Below, in pieces: positions 24,291 through 37,981 of a stretch of 64,000 nt of DNA (position 1 is the stretch's first letter; each line of letters begins with the position of its first letter). Made by a program: the position numbers and the translations under genes. Below the pieces are notes generated by a model. The model was not told where the DNA came from. It was given only the letters and a program-made list of their open reading frames with translations, and ran no database searches. This stretch comes from Octopus sinensis. Lineage: Eukaryota. The stretch lies in NCBI RefSeq assembly GCF_006345805.1, contig NC_043005.1:62558001-62622000 (forward strand), written 5' to 3'.

Positions 24291-27200
24291 GATGAGATTA
24301 AGAGAGGTTTTGGAATGACAAAGTGATATTTGTGTGTAAACAATGTAATATGTAACTTTGTGATTAAATTTCATTTGTATTTTTATGGTTGTAGTTAATA
24401 TCAAATAAGTACGACAGTTCTCATAAAAATCAAACAAACAATATTTATCATTAAATGTAAAACATTTGCTTCATGGGAAGGAAGTTAATAGTTAGAGAGA
24501 AAATGTGACTAAAAGATCATTTCTGTATGCTTAAATACTTGGTGTAGTTTTGTTGTTTTTAAAAATGTATAGGATGAGCACCATTGACTTTTTGTCATTC
24601 TAATTCATTGTCGGTACAGATGGAAAAATCTTGCAAATTTTAAAGTGTAACTAGAGAAAGGTGTTATTCATTAATTATTATTCAAAATCGATTAAATGAA
24701 CTGCATATTGATTGATCACTTTATATATTTTTAACAGAATCATTTATATATGAAGAACACAGTATCCGAATGATAACATTTCATCAGCATTCCCTTTGAT
24801 TCTTTTCCGTTTGAAAGACACACAAAAAAAAAAATGCAAAATTCTTCAAGAATTTTCAATTGAATCAAACTTCCATGATACAGAGTAAACATTTTCAAGA
24901 AAATGCAGAAGTTTTTGTTCATATTTTTTGTCACCAATTGCATGAATTATATGAACTTTTGACGGTGCATATAAAAAAATAGTAGGTTGCTAGAAATGCT
25001 TGACACTTCTCACAATGTCTTCATATTTTACCATAAAATCTGAGTATTTTCTTCATGAGGCCTTGCCATCAAATTAAATGAAAGTGCCTGGAGGGGAATT
25101 AATGGATATTAATGGATATTATTTCTAGAAACTCAGTATAAGTGACACAAGAGAACCAGTGTTTGCTAATGGAATATAGCTAATAATAAACACAAAAAAT
25201 AATGGTTTATGTTAGTATGGCCAATTTAACTGATTCCAAGATAAATTTGGTAAACATTTATAAACTTAACTGATTGTAGCTTTGTAGACTCAAGTCTGCT
25301 GAATGACAAGGTGAGATCCACAGATCTGAATATACCACACCTTCATCTAAATAGAAACATGCAATGATCCATTTTTGTAGTACAGTACAGCAGTCAGAAC
25401 ATATTGAATATTCTTCTCTATTTACTTTTGTTTTGTATATTGTTGTTTTGCTCCATGACAGCCCTGAGTAAGTGAACCAGTCTCAGAAATCCAGGCACAA
25501 TATATCTAGGACAACATTATCAAACACATGATTGATTTTTTGAAGATATTAGTTGTTATTCAAGAGAGATTTGGTTAATATTTCTAGCAGGTGGAGTGCT
25601 TGCATAGTGGCTTCCTCATTAGCTAAGTATTTCCACAAACTACACTGAATATTTTTAAACAGTATAACCTGCTAATCAAAAATGGAGCATGAATTAATTC
25701 AATGTCACATATTTTTTGCTGTCTAATGATTCACACTTCCCTTAGCTTTGAGAAAAATGCTGAATTTGCAAGTATGTCTAACCCATTACAAAATTAAAAA
25801 GAATTACATCAAATGAAATAAAACAATCATATCATATTAGTAATGTTAAGTAGTTAAATCGTCTGATATAAAAGATGAAAAAATAGAAATAATATTTGAA
25901 ATATGACAGTATTGGTATATTTAAGAGTAAACCAAAAGAAAAATAGATATAAATATATAATGAACTGGTTTCACATTGTGCTTAATTTTTATGTAACAGC
26001 TGGTATTTCCATGGAAAACAGACAGACATGGTCAAGGTAGTAAATTGGTAATGTATCTTTCATGCAAACTAATCATTTCATTCAAGCACAATGCACTTTC
26101 TTTTCTGAATGCATTATATATGTTCATCTGGGATATTACTGTAGATCCTTGCTATAAAATATAGCATACTGATTTCATCAATAAAACAGAAAGCCACTAT
26201 CTACCTTCATCAGATGCAATACTATTATTATAATGGAGTATTTATAATGGACAAAGATTTATTAAAAGAAAGCCACACACACATGTGTTGCTATTGCATT
26301 AGTAACTGTGGATAACTGTGGTTATCTGTATGGTATTTTCTGTTCAGAATACCACATAGATAACAGGAGAATTCCTGGTTTGTGTATTTCCATTGACACA
26401 ACATTTCGTCCAATGCCAAGATATAAGATTTAAATTGTTCTGGTCACGTAACTGTAAATATATACCATGGGAGGATACAAGTTACTATTTAGACAGTAAA
26501 TGCATAAATTTTGGTGTAATGACTTCAAAATATCCTACAAATATCACTTGTAGATGATTAGATTCCATCACAGCTACTCATTAAACCTTTTTATTTCAAA
26601 TATAGGTAAAAGTCCACAAAATTGATAAAGTACATTCACCTCAAAAGCTGGGATTTATTTTATATTCACCAAACTATTTGAACTAAAAAGTTTAAAAAAT
26701 GCTGTAACTACTGAATAGAGGTAATAAATATTGACAAAAGAATAATAAATAAAAATGCAGGTCATGTCATCTATTACAATGTAATCAACATGACAAATAT
26801 TCCTTTCTAATATGAAGAATTTGAATATCAGGATTTAAATATCAAAAAATGTTTAGTCTGTTTGCAAGAGTCAAAATTATTTAGAGTTTACTTTCAAAAT
26901 AAGTTTTATACATAATTTTGGACTTTAATGCAATTTAAACATCTTGAATCTATAATATACACTAACAAATTAAAAAAAAATAAAATGTGGTGTACAAATG
27001 CATAACCTCACAACAAAATTCAGGAACAACATGGTTCTTAAAATCAAAATTCAATAGTCTTGTTAGGAAACGTGTATTTGTTTGGTGCAAATTAGTCCTA
27101 TTTGGTGACATGTAAGTGAATGGTTATAACTAATGAAAAACTAGAACTCTCAAAGAAACTTTTCCTATTTTTACTCAATGTCGTCGTTTTATGTCCATTT

Positions 27201-30200
27201 TCCATGCTAGCATGTTGGATGGTTCTCTGTGTTTTGAGTCAATACTTATTAAGGGCCATGGTTCTCATGGATTTGTGCATGAATATGTTATTTGGCTTGG
27301 TTTCAGCAAATAGACACTTTTCATACATACAACCACATAACAGAGCATATTGGGTGCATTTTCTTATGATACCAGCAATACACAAGAGATGTTGGTAAAT
27401 TCAGAACAATACAAAACTAAGACTTCAAAATCCTAAGCTTTCTCCCTTTCTCCTGTTCAATTGAATTTTGAAACAATATTAACTTTCCTTCCCATGATAA
27501 CATGAAATAAACATATAACATAAAGACTGTTATTTACCTTACTTTGATTTAGCAGAAATAATTCACATGAGTAATGAAAAGTAAAGTAAATTAATTTTGT
27601 CATTTTTCTTTGTTATTCCAGTGAAATAAGTATCAATAGTATACACAACCTTTTATCATATAATTAGTTATATTTAATATTTTTAATAATTTATTTCTAT
27701 AGCCAAGTGTCAAAATTAATTGTAAACCACACACACATATGCTCTCTCTCACATACACACACTCACACACAAACACATGTTTTATATATTTTTTTAATTA
27801 ACAATATTAACTAGTAGAAAATAAGCAAGAAAGATAATGAAAATTTAAAATATTTTTTTAAATAACCCTCAATTTTTAATGCCATTATAATATTTTTGTG
27901 TCTTCATTTTGTTTCTTCATGGATATAGGGAAATGACCACAAAAAGTTAAAGTCCATATTTGGTTTTAAATATAGGATGCAAAGTAGATTTAGTTAGGTC
28001 TCATTAAGTAAGTTGATAGGACAAGATTGCTTACTGAATATTGGACAGAAAATTATGAATTCAACATTACAGAAACAGTAATGGAAATATCTTTACCAAC
28101 TGTTGACTTCAAATATTCTGAGTTTGATATTTGTGAAAGTGTTTTGTCTGTATCTAATAGATGCCATATATATGTATATATGCTTAGCCCAAAGTTGAAC
28201 TCAAACTTTTATGAAACAATGAGTTTTAATGCTGTTATTGACAATGCAGTGGCGAAGTAGTATTATCCAATCAAAGAAAAGAGATAGGAATATTCAAACT
28301 TTAGGAGTAATAAGAGTTTAACAGTTCAATTTCAGCCTGTGTACATGATGTTTATTAACAAATGGGAACTGATTAAGATATTTTATTAGAAACAAAGAAA
28401 GATTGTTTTGCATAAGTATTAACTCATGCCCCAAAATTCTGACAATACAGATATAGTATTAGCTACTAATTTATACAAAAGTCAAAGAAAATAACTAAAG
28501 AACTTGTATTAATTATGCAGATCTATGTGATACTTTTCTATTAACACATTGCATGTAATGAGTAACTCAGATCAGTTTTGATAAAGCTAACAATTAGAAC
28601 AAATTCATTTAGTAATTGTAAACTTTTTTACAACCAGTTTGTGACATATTCCATTGATATAAACTAAAGCTAATTGCATATCTTGATGAAGGATGCCCAG
28701 GAAATAATGGCCGTAAAACTATTATTTCATGGACTAGCTAAAAGTTTTGTTTTATGCATAGCATTAAAAAAAACAGATTTTTTTTAATGTTATGCATAAA
28801 GCATGATACTTATCTCTGTGAACTGAAAACTTCACTGAGTTATATTACTTTGATGAGAAGGAAATCCTTCAAAAACAAAATCACCAGTAAAATTCTCTAA
28901 CTGCTTTAAAATATCCTCATAAATTAGCAGACAACTAAAAGAAGGCAGAGAAAATGTCAGTTAATCTCAAACTTCTTTAATATGTAACATGACACAAAAG
29001 AAAAAATGTCTATGCAAATATACCTTCTATAAATTATATAAAGTAGGTTGTAAAATAATTTTTATAAAAAATCAAATTTCATAAAATGAAAAACAATATT
29101 TAGCAGCAGATACTAAACAGTCTTGAGTATCAAAATACAAAATTATGTAAAAATTAGAAATCTATAATTATATCTATTCAGAACACTAACTGTATCCAAA
29201 AGATAAATTAATGCAATAAATTTGATAAGGAAATCATTACAAATCTATAGTTCTTAGATATGCTTTAACTAGTGTACATTGAGCGACCTGCACATCATCT
29301 TTTATGCTTTATTTTCAAAAATTCCTTTTGATTGACACATTCTCTGATCATCTTTAGGTGCTCTGAATTCAAGAATTGCAAAATATATTCAATGTAAAGC
29401 TAGAAACTGGATTCCACATCAGAATAGTTTCTCTTACACACGGTGGAAAAAAAATTTCAGAAGAGCTGGACATGGAGAATTAATTGAGAATTAAGCTGAG
29501 AGAAAAATCAAACAGTTAATAGAAAAATAGGTGTAAGATATGTAAAATTTTACCAACTTTGTTTTTCTATGGAACTGAGGAAAGGTAAAACAAGATCTTG
29601 TATTAGAAATAAAGGTACTGAGATCAAACCCAGCCAAAGAATGTAAAGTCAGTTAATTATACTAATAATTATATCAACAGAAACATATAAAATAGATACA
29701 TAAAAGATAAGGATAACTGGTCTATAAAATGGAAACTAATAAATCTATTATCTGAAATGGTGTAAAAAGATATTAAGAGAAATAGTGAATAATGATAAAA
29801 ATAGCATACAAGATTAATGATAAGCATGGCAACGGTGGAATTAGGTGGTGGAGGGAATCATTGTGCTTTCTGTTATTACTGTTGTTATTATTATTACTTA
29901 TTTTTAACAAAGGAAACAGTAGAAATTAAACAAATTACAAAAAATAATATCAGGGAAAATAATCAATATATGGGAATTGATAGGAAAAAGTATAGAATAC
30001 AGATATTAAATTCCGTTTTATGCTGCAGATTCAAAATGAAATTGTTACTGAATATGTATAAAACTAGGTTAATTCTGATTTTAAAAACTAAATAAATTAC
30101 TTGAAAGAATCAATATCAAAAGAGCAAACTATATGAATTCATAACAACAAAAGTAAATATAATATTAGTTAACTAATGTTCACTAGCAATTAAGATGCCT

Positions 30201-30799
30201 TACAGCAAACTATAATTAAACAAACTGAAAGAAATATTATGCATTAGTTATGATTTTATTGATTATTATAGGGAGATTTGGCTGTGATATCTAGCAGATC
30301 AAGTGACCACATTCAAGTTCTCATGATGTAAAATTGAAATTATTCAATTAACAAGTGATATCAATCATAATATTAATGCATTGGCAATAATAATTATATT
30401 TAATGAAAACAATATTGTTATAATGAAAATTTTTAAAAACTGAAGAATATTTTTAGCCAATGCTCCACCACCATCATTTACAACAAATGAAAGTAATTTT
30501 CTATTAGGGAAGTACCAATCCTTGAACACAAAATAATCCAAAAACAAAACACAAGACAGAGTTTTTAAATAAGCAGTCCCTGTAAGATTTTTCTTTTCTT
30601 TTTTTCTTTTTTGAAATGTTTTGCATTTCTGTTTTAAACTGTGAAAATTAGAAATCCTGGACCTTATGGTATGAAACAAACTTTTCAAAACAATTAGACA
30701 GTCTGATTCATTCCCCACCAGACAAAAAACAAAAAATCAATTCAAACATTCAATAAACTTTATCACATATTACTGGTTTTTGGTTTCAATTGTGTTGGG

Positions 30800-31145
30800 C
30801 TACCTAAAAGTTTAGGGTAGGATTTTGAGTTAGAATTACAAGCTAGAGATTGGCATTAGGATCTAGAGGTAGTGTTTAAGATTAGAGTTTAAATGTACAG
30901 TTGGATTTATGATTAGTGTTTAAGGGTACAATTGAGTTTAGAATTAGAATGTAGGGTAGCAGCTGTGTTTACAATTAGTGTTTAAAGTTAGGGTTGTAGG
31001 CGTTAGACATTAGGATTTGGTTTTAGGGCTAGGGTTACAATTTAGGTTGAGGATTACGGTTTTCACTTAGGGTTGGTTTTTAGGTTAAAGTTTAAAACTA
31101 GAGTTTAGTGTCAAGAGTTAGGTACTAAGGGGTAGGAATATAGGA
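30800..31145 (+). repeat. Degenerate (TTAGGG)-like 6-bp periodic tract
   Basis: tttagggtagg, gttagggttgtagg, ttttagggctagggtt, cttagggttgg and many TTAG(A/G)N variants. Confidence 0.65.
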
Positions 31146-31554
31146 TGGCCCTTGGAAAATTGTAGTTTCATTCAAATATGTTTGTATCTGCTTATGCTTC
31201 ATATTTTTACTCCATGCTTAAAAAGAAAAAAGAAAGAAAGAAATCAGACTGTACAATATTTGTTTTAAAGGAATTTGTTGCAACACTAAAGTCCAGGATA
31301 CCTTAGAGACAGTGATTATGTGAATCTTCTTTTTCAATTTAAATTATTTTGATTATTGCTTTAGTCATGCTTCTGCATTTCCAATGACAACATTGGCTAC
31401 AAGATTTTTACGTGTAAATTTTTTGCTATTTGCTTCTGAATCATATGTTGTAACTGTAAATGATTCTGATTCTGAAAAGAAAAATCCACATGTTTTGATC
31501 TACATAAACCCCCTTTCAAAGATATTGACCATATACATTCTAATAGATGAGTAT

Positions 31555-31558
31555 GTAA

Positions 31559-31615
<57 letters not shown>

Positions 31616-31682
31616 CATATATATACACATATATATACATATATATATACACACACACACATATATATATACATATATATAT

Positions 31683-31713
<31 letters not shown>

Positions 31714-31900
31714 ATATACACACATATATATATACATATATATACACATATATATATATATACATATATACATACACAAGTATACACACACACACACACA
31801 CATATATACATATATACATACACATGTATACACACACACACGTATATATATATATATAATATATATATATACATATATATATGTTATATATGTTATATAT
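31555..31900. repeat. Compound (TA)n/(CA)n microsatellite
   Basis: Visible directly; source of the long YI/CV-rich ORFs. Confidence 0.95.
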
Positions 31901-31904
31901 GTGG

Positions 31905-32130
31905 AGGTATATGTATGTGTGTGTATATGTCTGTGTATGTTTGTCCCTGAAACATCGCTTGACAAATGATGCTGGTGTGTTTACATCCCCGTAACTTAGA
32001 GGTTCGGCAAAAGAGACCAACAGAATAAGTACTAGGCTTACAAAGAATAAGTCCTGGGGTCAATATGCTCGACTAAAGGCGGTGCTCCAGCATGGCCACA
32101 GTCAAATGACTGAAACAAGTAAGAGAGTAA
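31905..32130 (+). mobile_element. SINE family A, 3' half
   Basis: gatgctggtgtgtttacatccccgtaacttagaggttcggcaaaagagacc..ggcggtgctccagcatggccacagtcaaatgactgaaacaagtaag. Confidence 0.88.
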
Positions 32131-32679
32131 AATAGTATGTATTATATACACCATCTCTAAAGAAACAATAAATGAAGGAATTGAAAATTTGTAGAAACAC
32201 AAAACACAAATATATACATATCCACAGACACTTATTTGTATGATTATGTATAAATATATATGTACAGATACATATATAGATAAATATACACACAGATATA
32301 CATATGTACATATATGTGTATATGTGCATATATATATATAAATATATGTATATATATATGTGTGTGAATATATATATATATATATATTGGTAAAAACGGT
32401 ACGATAACAAAAGAAAGAAAGAGACCTCATATTATGTAAATAGAGGAAATTTATCTGTAAAATAACATGTGACAATTATTCAATAGCCAAGATAAAACTC
32501 TGAGTTTCGGATGCCGAAGTGGAAATCCACAACATATATATGGGTGCATGTATGTACATATACATATGAGTATGTGTTGTATATGTAGGTGTTGATGTGT
32601 ATAAATATTAATATACATGTTTAATATATGCATGTGGATACATCTTCACATATATATATATTCTTCTACTACTAAGCAC

Positions 32680-33440
32680 TGACCTGTCCTCTAAGTATCC
32701 TAACCTATATTCCCAAATTCTTCATTCCACCATTTTACTACCCCTACCCCTCTCTCTACCCCTCACTTAGGCTCTATCACTACATACCTGACACTCCTTT
32801 ACTCTTTACACCCTCATACCTTTCTCTCTCTATCATCCTCACCCCCATTCCTTCTACCTGACACTCTTTTACTCTTTACCCTCTTATCTCTTTACTCTCT
32901 CATATCTTTCTCTCTCTATCACGCTCACCTCCCCATTCATTGTATCAATTTATCCTGACTGACCACTAACCAGTACACTTTCCCTCTCTTCATTTCTTTA
33001 TTATCTCTCTCCAAGCTTTTCTTTTTCTTCCCCTCTTCCTATTTTTGATTTGGCCTTACAAACACATTCCCAACTTTTAAGTCACTTCAAAAAACCCTCA
33101 ATTCAATAACACCGTTTACAAACTCTATGCTTGGAATGACCAATTTTAAATACTATTGGAACTTACTCACAGGCTACAGTAATCTTATATGCATACCATT
33201 CTACCTAAATAATGGAACTGCAGATGCATTATCCCTGCATATCTCACATCTATTTTCATTCCTCCACTTCACTTTCTATTTCATATCTTATCTAGAATAA
33301 TTATTGCTTAACCATTTTCTCCCACTGTTTCTGATGAAGGGATATATAAAATATTCCGGAAATATCTGTAAGACCTAGTTATAAATGTTCTGAAATCTTT
33401 CACAGCCTTGGATTTTTATCTCATTCTGTTATTTTTTGTT
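32680..33440 (+). mobile_element. Non-coding pyrimidine-rich element ending in a hammerhead motif (Penelope pLTR-like or retrozyme-like)
   Basis: C/T-rich tract with an internal ~70-bp duplication (acctgacactc at about 32787 and 32857), no ORF, bounded by TA microsatellites, hammerhead core at 33331. Confidence 0.5.
33327..33374 (+). ncRNA. Minimal type I hammerhead ribozyme fold
   Basis: Stem I GUUU/AGAC; core CUGAUGA 33331-33337; stem II GGGAUAU/AUAUUCC; GAAA 33359-33362; 2-bp stem III with a 4-nt loop; GUA cleavage triplet 33368-33370. Confidence 0.65.
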
Positions 33441-33704
33441 ATATATATATATATATATACATATATATATTATCATCATTATGTAATAGTTTAAAATCTA
33501 CCTCTACATGCTTGCATGGGTCAGACAGAATTTGTTGAGGCAGATATTCTACAGCCATATATTCTTACCTGTGTCTAAGAAGGCAATATTTCTCCTGATC
33601 AAACAAGCTTTTTCGAAGAATGGAAACATCACTTGTATGATGGAAGCATTCATTTACAAATATCATGTGAGTTAAAATCAAAGTTACACACAAACACACA
33701 TATG

Positions 33705-33765
<61 letters not shown>

Positions 33766-34867
33766 GTATGTATGTGTGTATATATGAATGTGTGTGTGTG
33801 TATATACACAGAACACACTTCTCTCAGTTTCTACCTGCTAGATATACTCGCAAGTTTTTAGTTTGATGGCTATAGTTGAAGACATTTGCCCAAGGTACCA
33901 TACAGTGCAAATGAACATTGAAGAAAATCTTTGGAAAGGAAGTTCCTTAACCACACAACCACAACTCCACATATTAGCACTAATGTATTATATAATTTAT
34001 ATATATCTAACTATCTACTAATTTTTCTCTCTACATATATTCTAAAATAATTTATAAATTATATAGTACATTTACTCATTATCTATCTATCTATCTATAC
34101 ATATATATATATATATATATCAATAAATAGATAGAATCAGGCACATACAGATGAATAAATATGCCTACATACCTACAAAAGTGCACACACATATGTTAAC
34201 ATGAATCTTGATCTTTGCATTAATAAATACATGTGTAAATATCTCTATATATCAGTAGATATCATGTGTAATGTCATACCTGAAGTGACTTACATATTAT
34301 AAACACATATGCAAATACATATATAAACCCACATGTTCAAACAAGAACTTCTCCATATATACATTATACACAGAGATACATATGTACAACCACAAAGTCT
34401 GTACAACCATATCATAATACACATCTCTACTGCTCTCTGCTGGAATCACATGTCAATTACAAAAAATTGAACACTATATATTTATCAAGTGTAGTTAATT
34501 TTAGTAATATAAAATTCTATATCTTCCTGAAAATAATAAAACATTAGCCGAGATAAAATTATATAACTAGTTAAAAAAAATACCCAAAGAAAAAAACCCA
34601 CCAACCAATACTCTAAAAGCAAAAACATGAGAGTGAAATGGCAATAAATGTTATAGTATGTCAGATTCAACTTCTAACAGCTATTAATTTTTCATATTAA
34701 CAAGTAAAGTAATGTGTAAAATGAGTGACAAAAAAAGCTAAAAGAATAAAGTTAGTTTTATGTATTTAAACTTATAAACACACACATATACACATGCATA
34801 TATATACATACACACATGCACAAACCACAAACACACATAAACACATGCCCACATATATATGTATGTA

Positions 34868-35258
34868 TATTCTTTTACTTGTTTCAGTGATTTGAATGCA
34901 ACCATGCTGGAGCACCGCCTTCAGTTGAAAAAATTGGTCCCAAGACTTATTCTTTGTAAGCCTAGTACTTATTCTATGGGTCTCTTTTTTAGCAGAACCA
35001 CTAAGTAACAGGGACATAAGCACACCAACATCAGTTGTCAAGAGATGGTTGGGGGACAAACACAGACACAAATAACAAATACACACACACACATACAATG
35101 AACTTCTTTTAGTTTCTGTTGACCAAATCCACTCAAAAGGCTTTGGTCAGCCTGGGGCTGTAGCAGAAAACTCTTGCCCAAAGTGCTATGCAGTGGGATC
35201 GAACCTGGAACCATGTAGTTGGGAAGCAAGCTTCTTACCACACAGTCATGCCTGCACC
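34868..35258 (-). mobile_element. SINE family A, full length
   Basis: Colinear with 57986-58392. Confidence 0.88.
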
Positions 35259-36038
35259 TATATAATATATATATATATATATATAGCATACACACACATA
35301 CCTTCATCCATCCATCTACTCTACTCTCTATTCCCTTGTTGGTCATGGGTGTAGAGTCCTCAGGCACCACCTCCATAGGGTCCTGGCAGAAGCAACAGTT
35401 ATTACACTTTCCATTTGGATTATATATAGATATAAATCCCCCCAAAATGAAGAACAAACATAACAAGAAAAAAAACTACGTAAGGACATAGTACATGGGG
35501 AGTATTAGCAGATGCTCAGGGAAAGAAAGAAAGGTAGTCTTTATGTTTCAAGCAAAGCTCTTTGTCAAGAATAGGAGACGGAAGAAAGTCCAAGTGAAAA
35601 GGAAGATCACCAACGATCCACATGTGGTTATATATAGACATTTAAATACTTATACATTCACATATGTATATATGCATATATAAAATTTGAGTAAATTTTC
35701 CATGTGATCTTGAAACATATAAGATCAGATATCCATGAGAATCCAAATCATGCTCTTGCAGCACTCTAAGCACTAGGTCATGTACCATCACACACACATA
35801 TACATACATACATGCATGCATACATATATATATATATTCATTTACATATATATTTATATGTACATATGCACATGCATACATATATATGTATGTGAGTGTG
35901 TAAATACTTATATATGCATATATGTGTATGTATATAATTATTTATATCATAGAATTTGTGTAAATTTCTACAGTACCTTGAAACATAAAAGATAACATAC
36001 AACTACAGACACATGCACAGACATACACATACATATAT

Positions 36039-37981
36039 TAGGTCGTGAAATTATTCTGCTTTTTTTACTCCCAAACTTGAAATATATATACCCAAAATGG
36101 ATTTAAATAACTCTAACCTACATCAATTTTATCCTAAATTTTTAATATGGTGTTGTTTTGAAACAATAACTGAAAATTTATATGAAAAACTGATTAGACT
36201 CAAAATATCACTCTTATATTATCTTTTAATTGGTTAAATGAATTGGTTGAATGAATTTTTACTCTTTTCAGATATTCACAAGATGTCAATGCTGAAGACT
36301 AGAGGCCAGATGTCATCCCACTTAAACCTGTTAATTGGTACAAGGAAAGAGCTTCCTGCGTCAGAGCTTCCAACAGTGAGAGACATTTTAAGACATGGGT
36401 TACTACTTTGGGAAGAAAATTCCTAGGATAGAAGGAACAATACAAATAAATAACTCATACATGATATACCCCATCTTCTGCACTTGATGTCAAAAGCTAC
36501 TGCACAATTCAAACTTCTAGTGATCATACAGTGTTGAGCAATTGAGCTAAAACTAATGGGATAGTGGTGGAAAGCAGTATGCACATCATTTGGTAAAGGA
36601 AACTTAGCAATGAAAAATGCTTTTCTACACTCACTTGATACACTGTTCAATATCTTGAGCTGCAAGTGTTCAATAATTTTGTGATCAAAAGGGAATTGTT
36701 CTGGTAAGAGAGGAAATCATTCTCATATTGACTGTTGATGCCTTTCCTAGAGCTACATTTCATAAGCTCACAAATGACAAAGGCAGAAGGCCAAGGCAGT
36801 ATGCAAATAGGCTGGACTGGTTATAAAGAAAGTAAGAGACAGATATCTTCTGAAAGAAGGAAAGGCCTTATCAGAGAGAGGGAAGGAAAGAAGAGAATGA
36901 TGAGTGAAGTCATGCAAAGAGAACAGCACTGCCATGATTTTTATCAGTTGTTTGATGGTTCTTCTGAAGAAAATGAGGTAATGTTGGACGAAAATTCTAA
37001 AGAATCTTTTGAAACCATACCAAAGAGAGGAAAATACAATACAAGAGTCATTTCAAACATGGCATTAGCTAATATTTGCCACCATACTGGATTCCATAAG
37101 GCTGCTGAAATTGCAACTGCCACTTGGATAGATGTAGGCTTCATCCTAATAAACTTAGAAGAGCACAAGAAAAAGTAATGAATAAGATATCTGATCAGCA
37201 AGAAAAAGAATTAAAAAGAGGGCTCTCCTGTCTTTTGCTTGATGGAAGAATAGATGGAACCAAAGTTATTGTAGAAGTAGATGGAATTTCCAGAGAATTT
37301 CCAGGTCTAATCAAAGAAGAGCACTACACTGTCTGCTCTGAGCCTGGTGGTCAATTTTTGTTTCATTTTACACCTGAAACTGAAGTGGAAGGGGAAAAAC
37401 CTGCAGAGGTAATTGCTGATAATATTTTATGCTGGCTTCACGAGAGAGGGCTTGAAAATTCAATGCAGGCTATTGGCAGGGTTTCAACAGCAGTGAATAC
37501 TGGCTGGAAGCGGGATGTAATGAGTTATTTAGAATCTCAAAAGCTTTAAAGACACACCAATGATAGTACCAAAATAGCCATCACACTTGCAAAATGTTGA
37601 AAGGTGTGTTAAAATGGTCACTGAAGCTGCAAGTCAAGTTTACAGTCACGAGAAGCGAAAGCATTACATCAAGGCATGAGCAGTCATCCAGCAACTGATG
37701 AAGCGAAACAACAGCAAGAAGAATGTGAAGGCTTTGACTACTTTCAAATAGTATATTGGAATATATTATAGTATATATGAAACTTGAAACAGAAAGATGC
37801 TGGTGAAAACTCAAAATTCTCAAAACATAAATTTCAAACTCATATTGATGTAGTTAAGAGTTATTTAAAATAGTTTTTATTTCCAGAATTTTGTTTTATA
37901 TGCTAAAAGGCAACAATAAATTACTACCAGAATTAAAGATTATAAATTTTCCTATTTATTCCCCCAAATTGACACACCCTA
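36039..37981 (+). mobile_element. Internally deleted hAT-like (possibly hATm-type) DNA transposon
   Basis: Fragmented transposase: ELPTVRDIL; LLLDGRIDGT; EEHYTVCSEPGGQFLFHFTP; AIGRVSTAVNTGW; PSHLQNVERCVKMVTEAA (from 37578). Termini TAGG...CCTA; flanking 8-mers acatatat/atatatat. Confidence 0.75.

Noticed and set aside
26150-26215. Minus-strand hammerhead (ctgatgaagg..gaaatcagta)
   Set aside because: Stem II does not pair and the stem I register is inconsistent; likely a chance motif.
31384-32475. Long ORFs (up to 207 aa) in the ORF track, likewise at 45143-46157, 53333-53617, 56516-56864, 59378-60307 and 62134-62758
   Set aside because: Translations of TA/CA microsatellites (YI/CV/HT repeats) that lack stops by composition.
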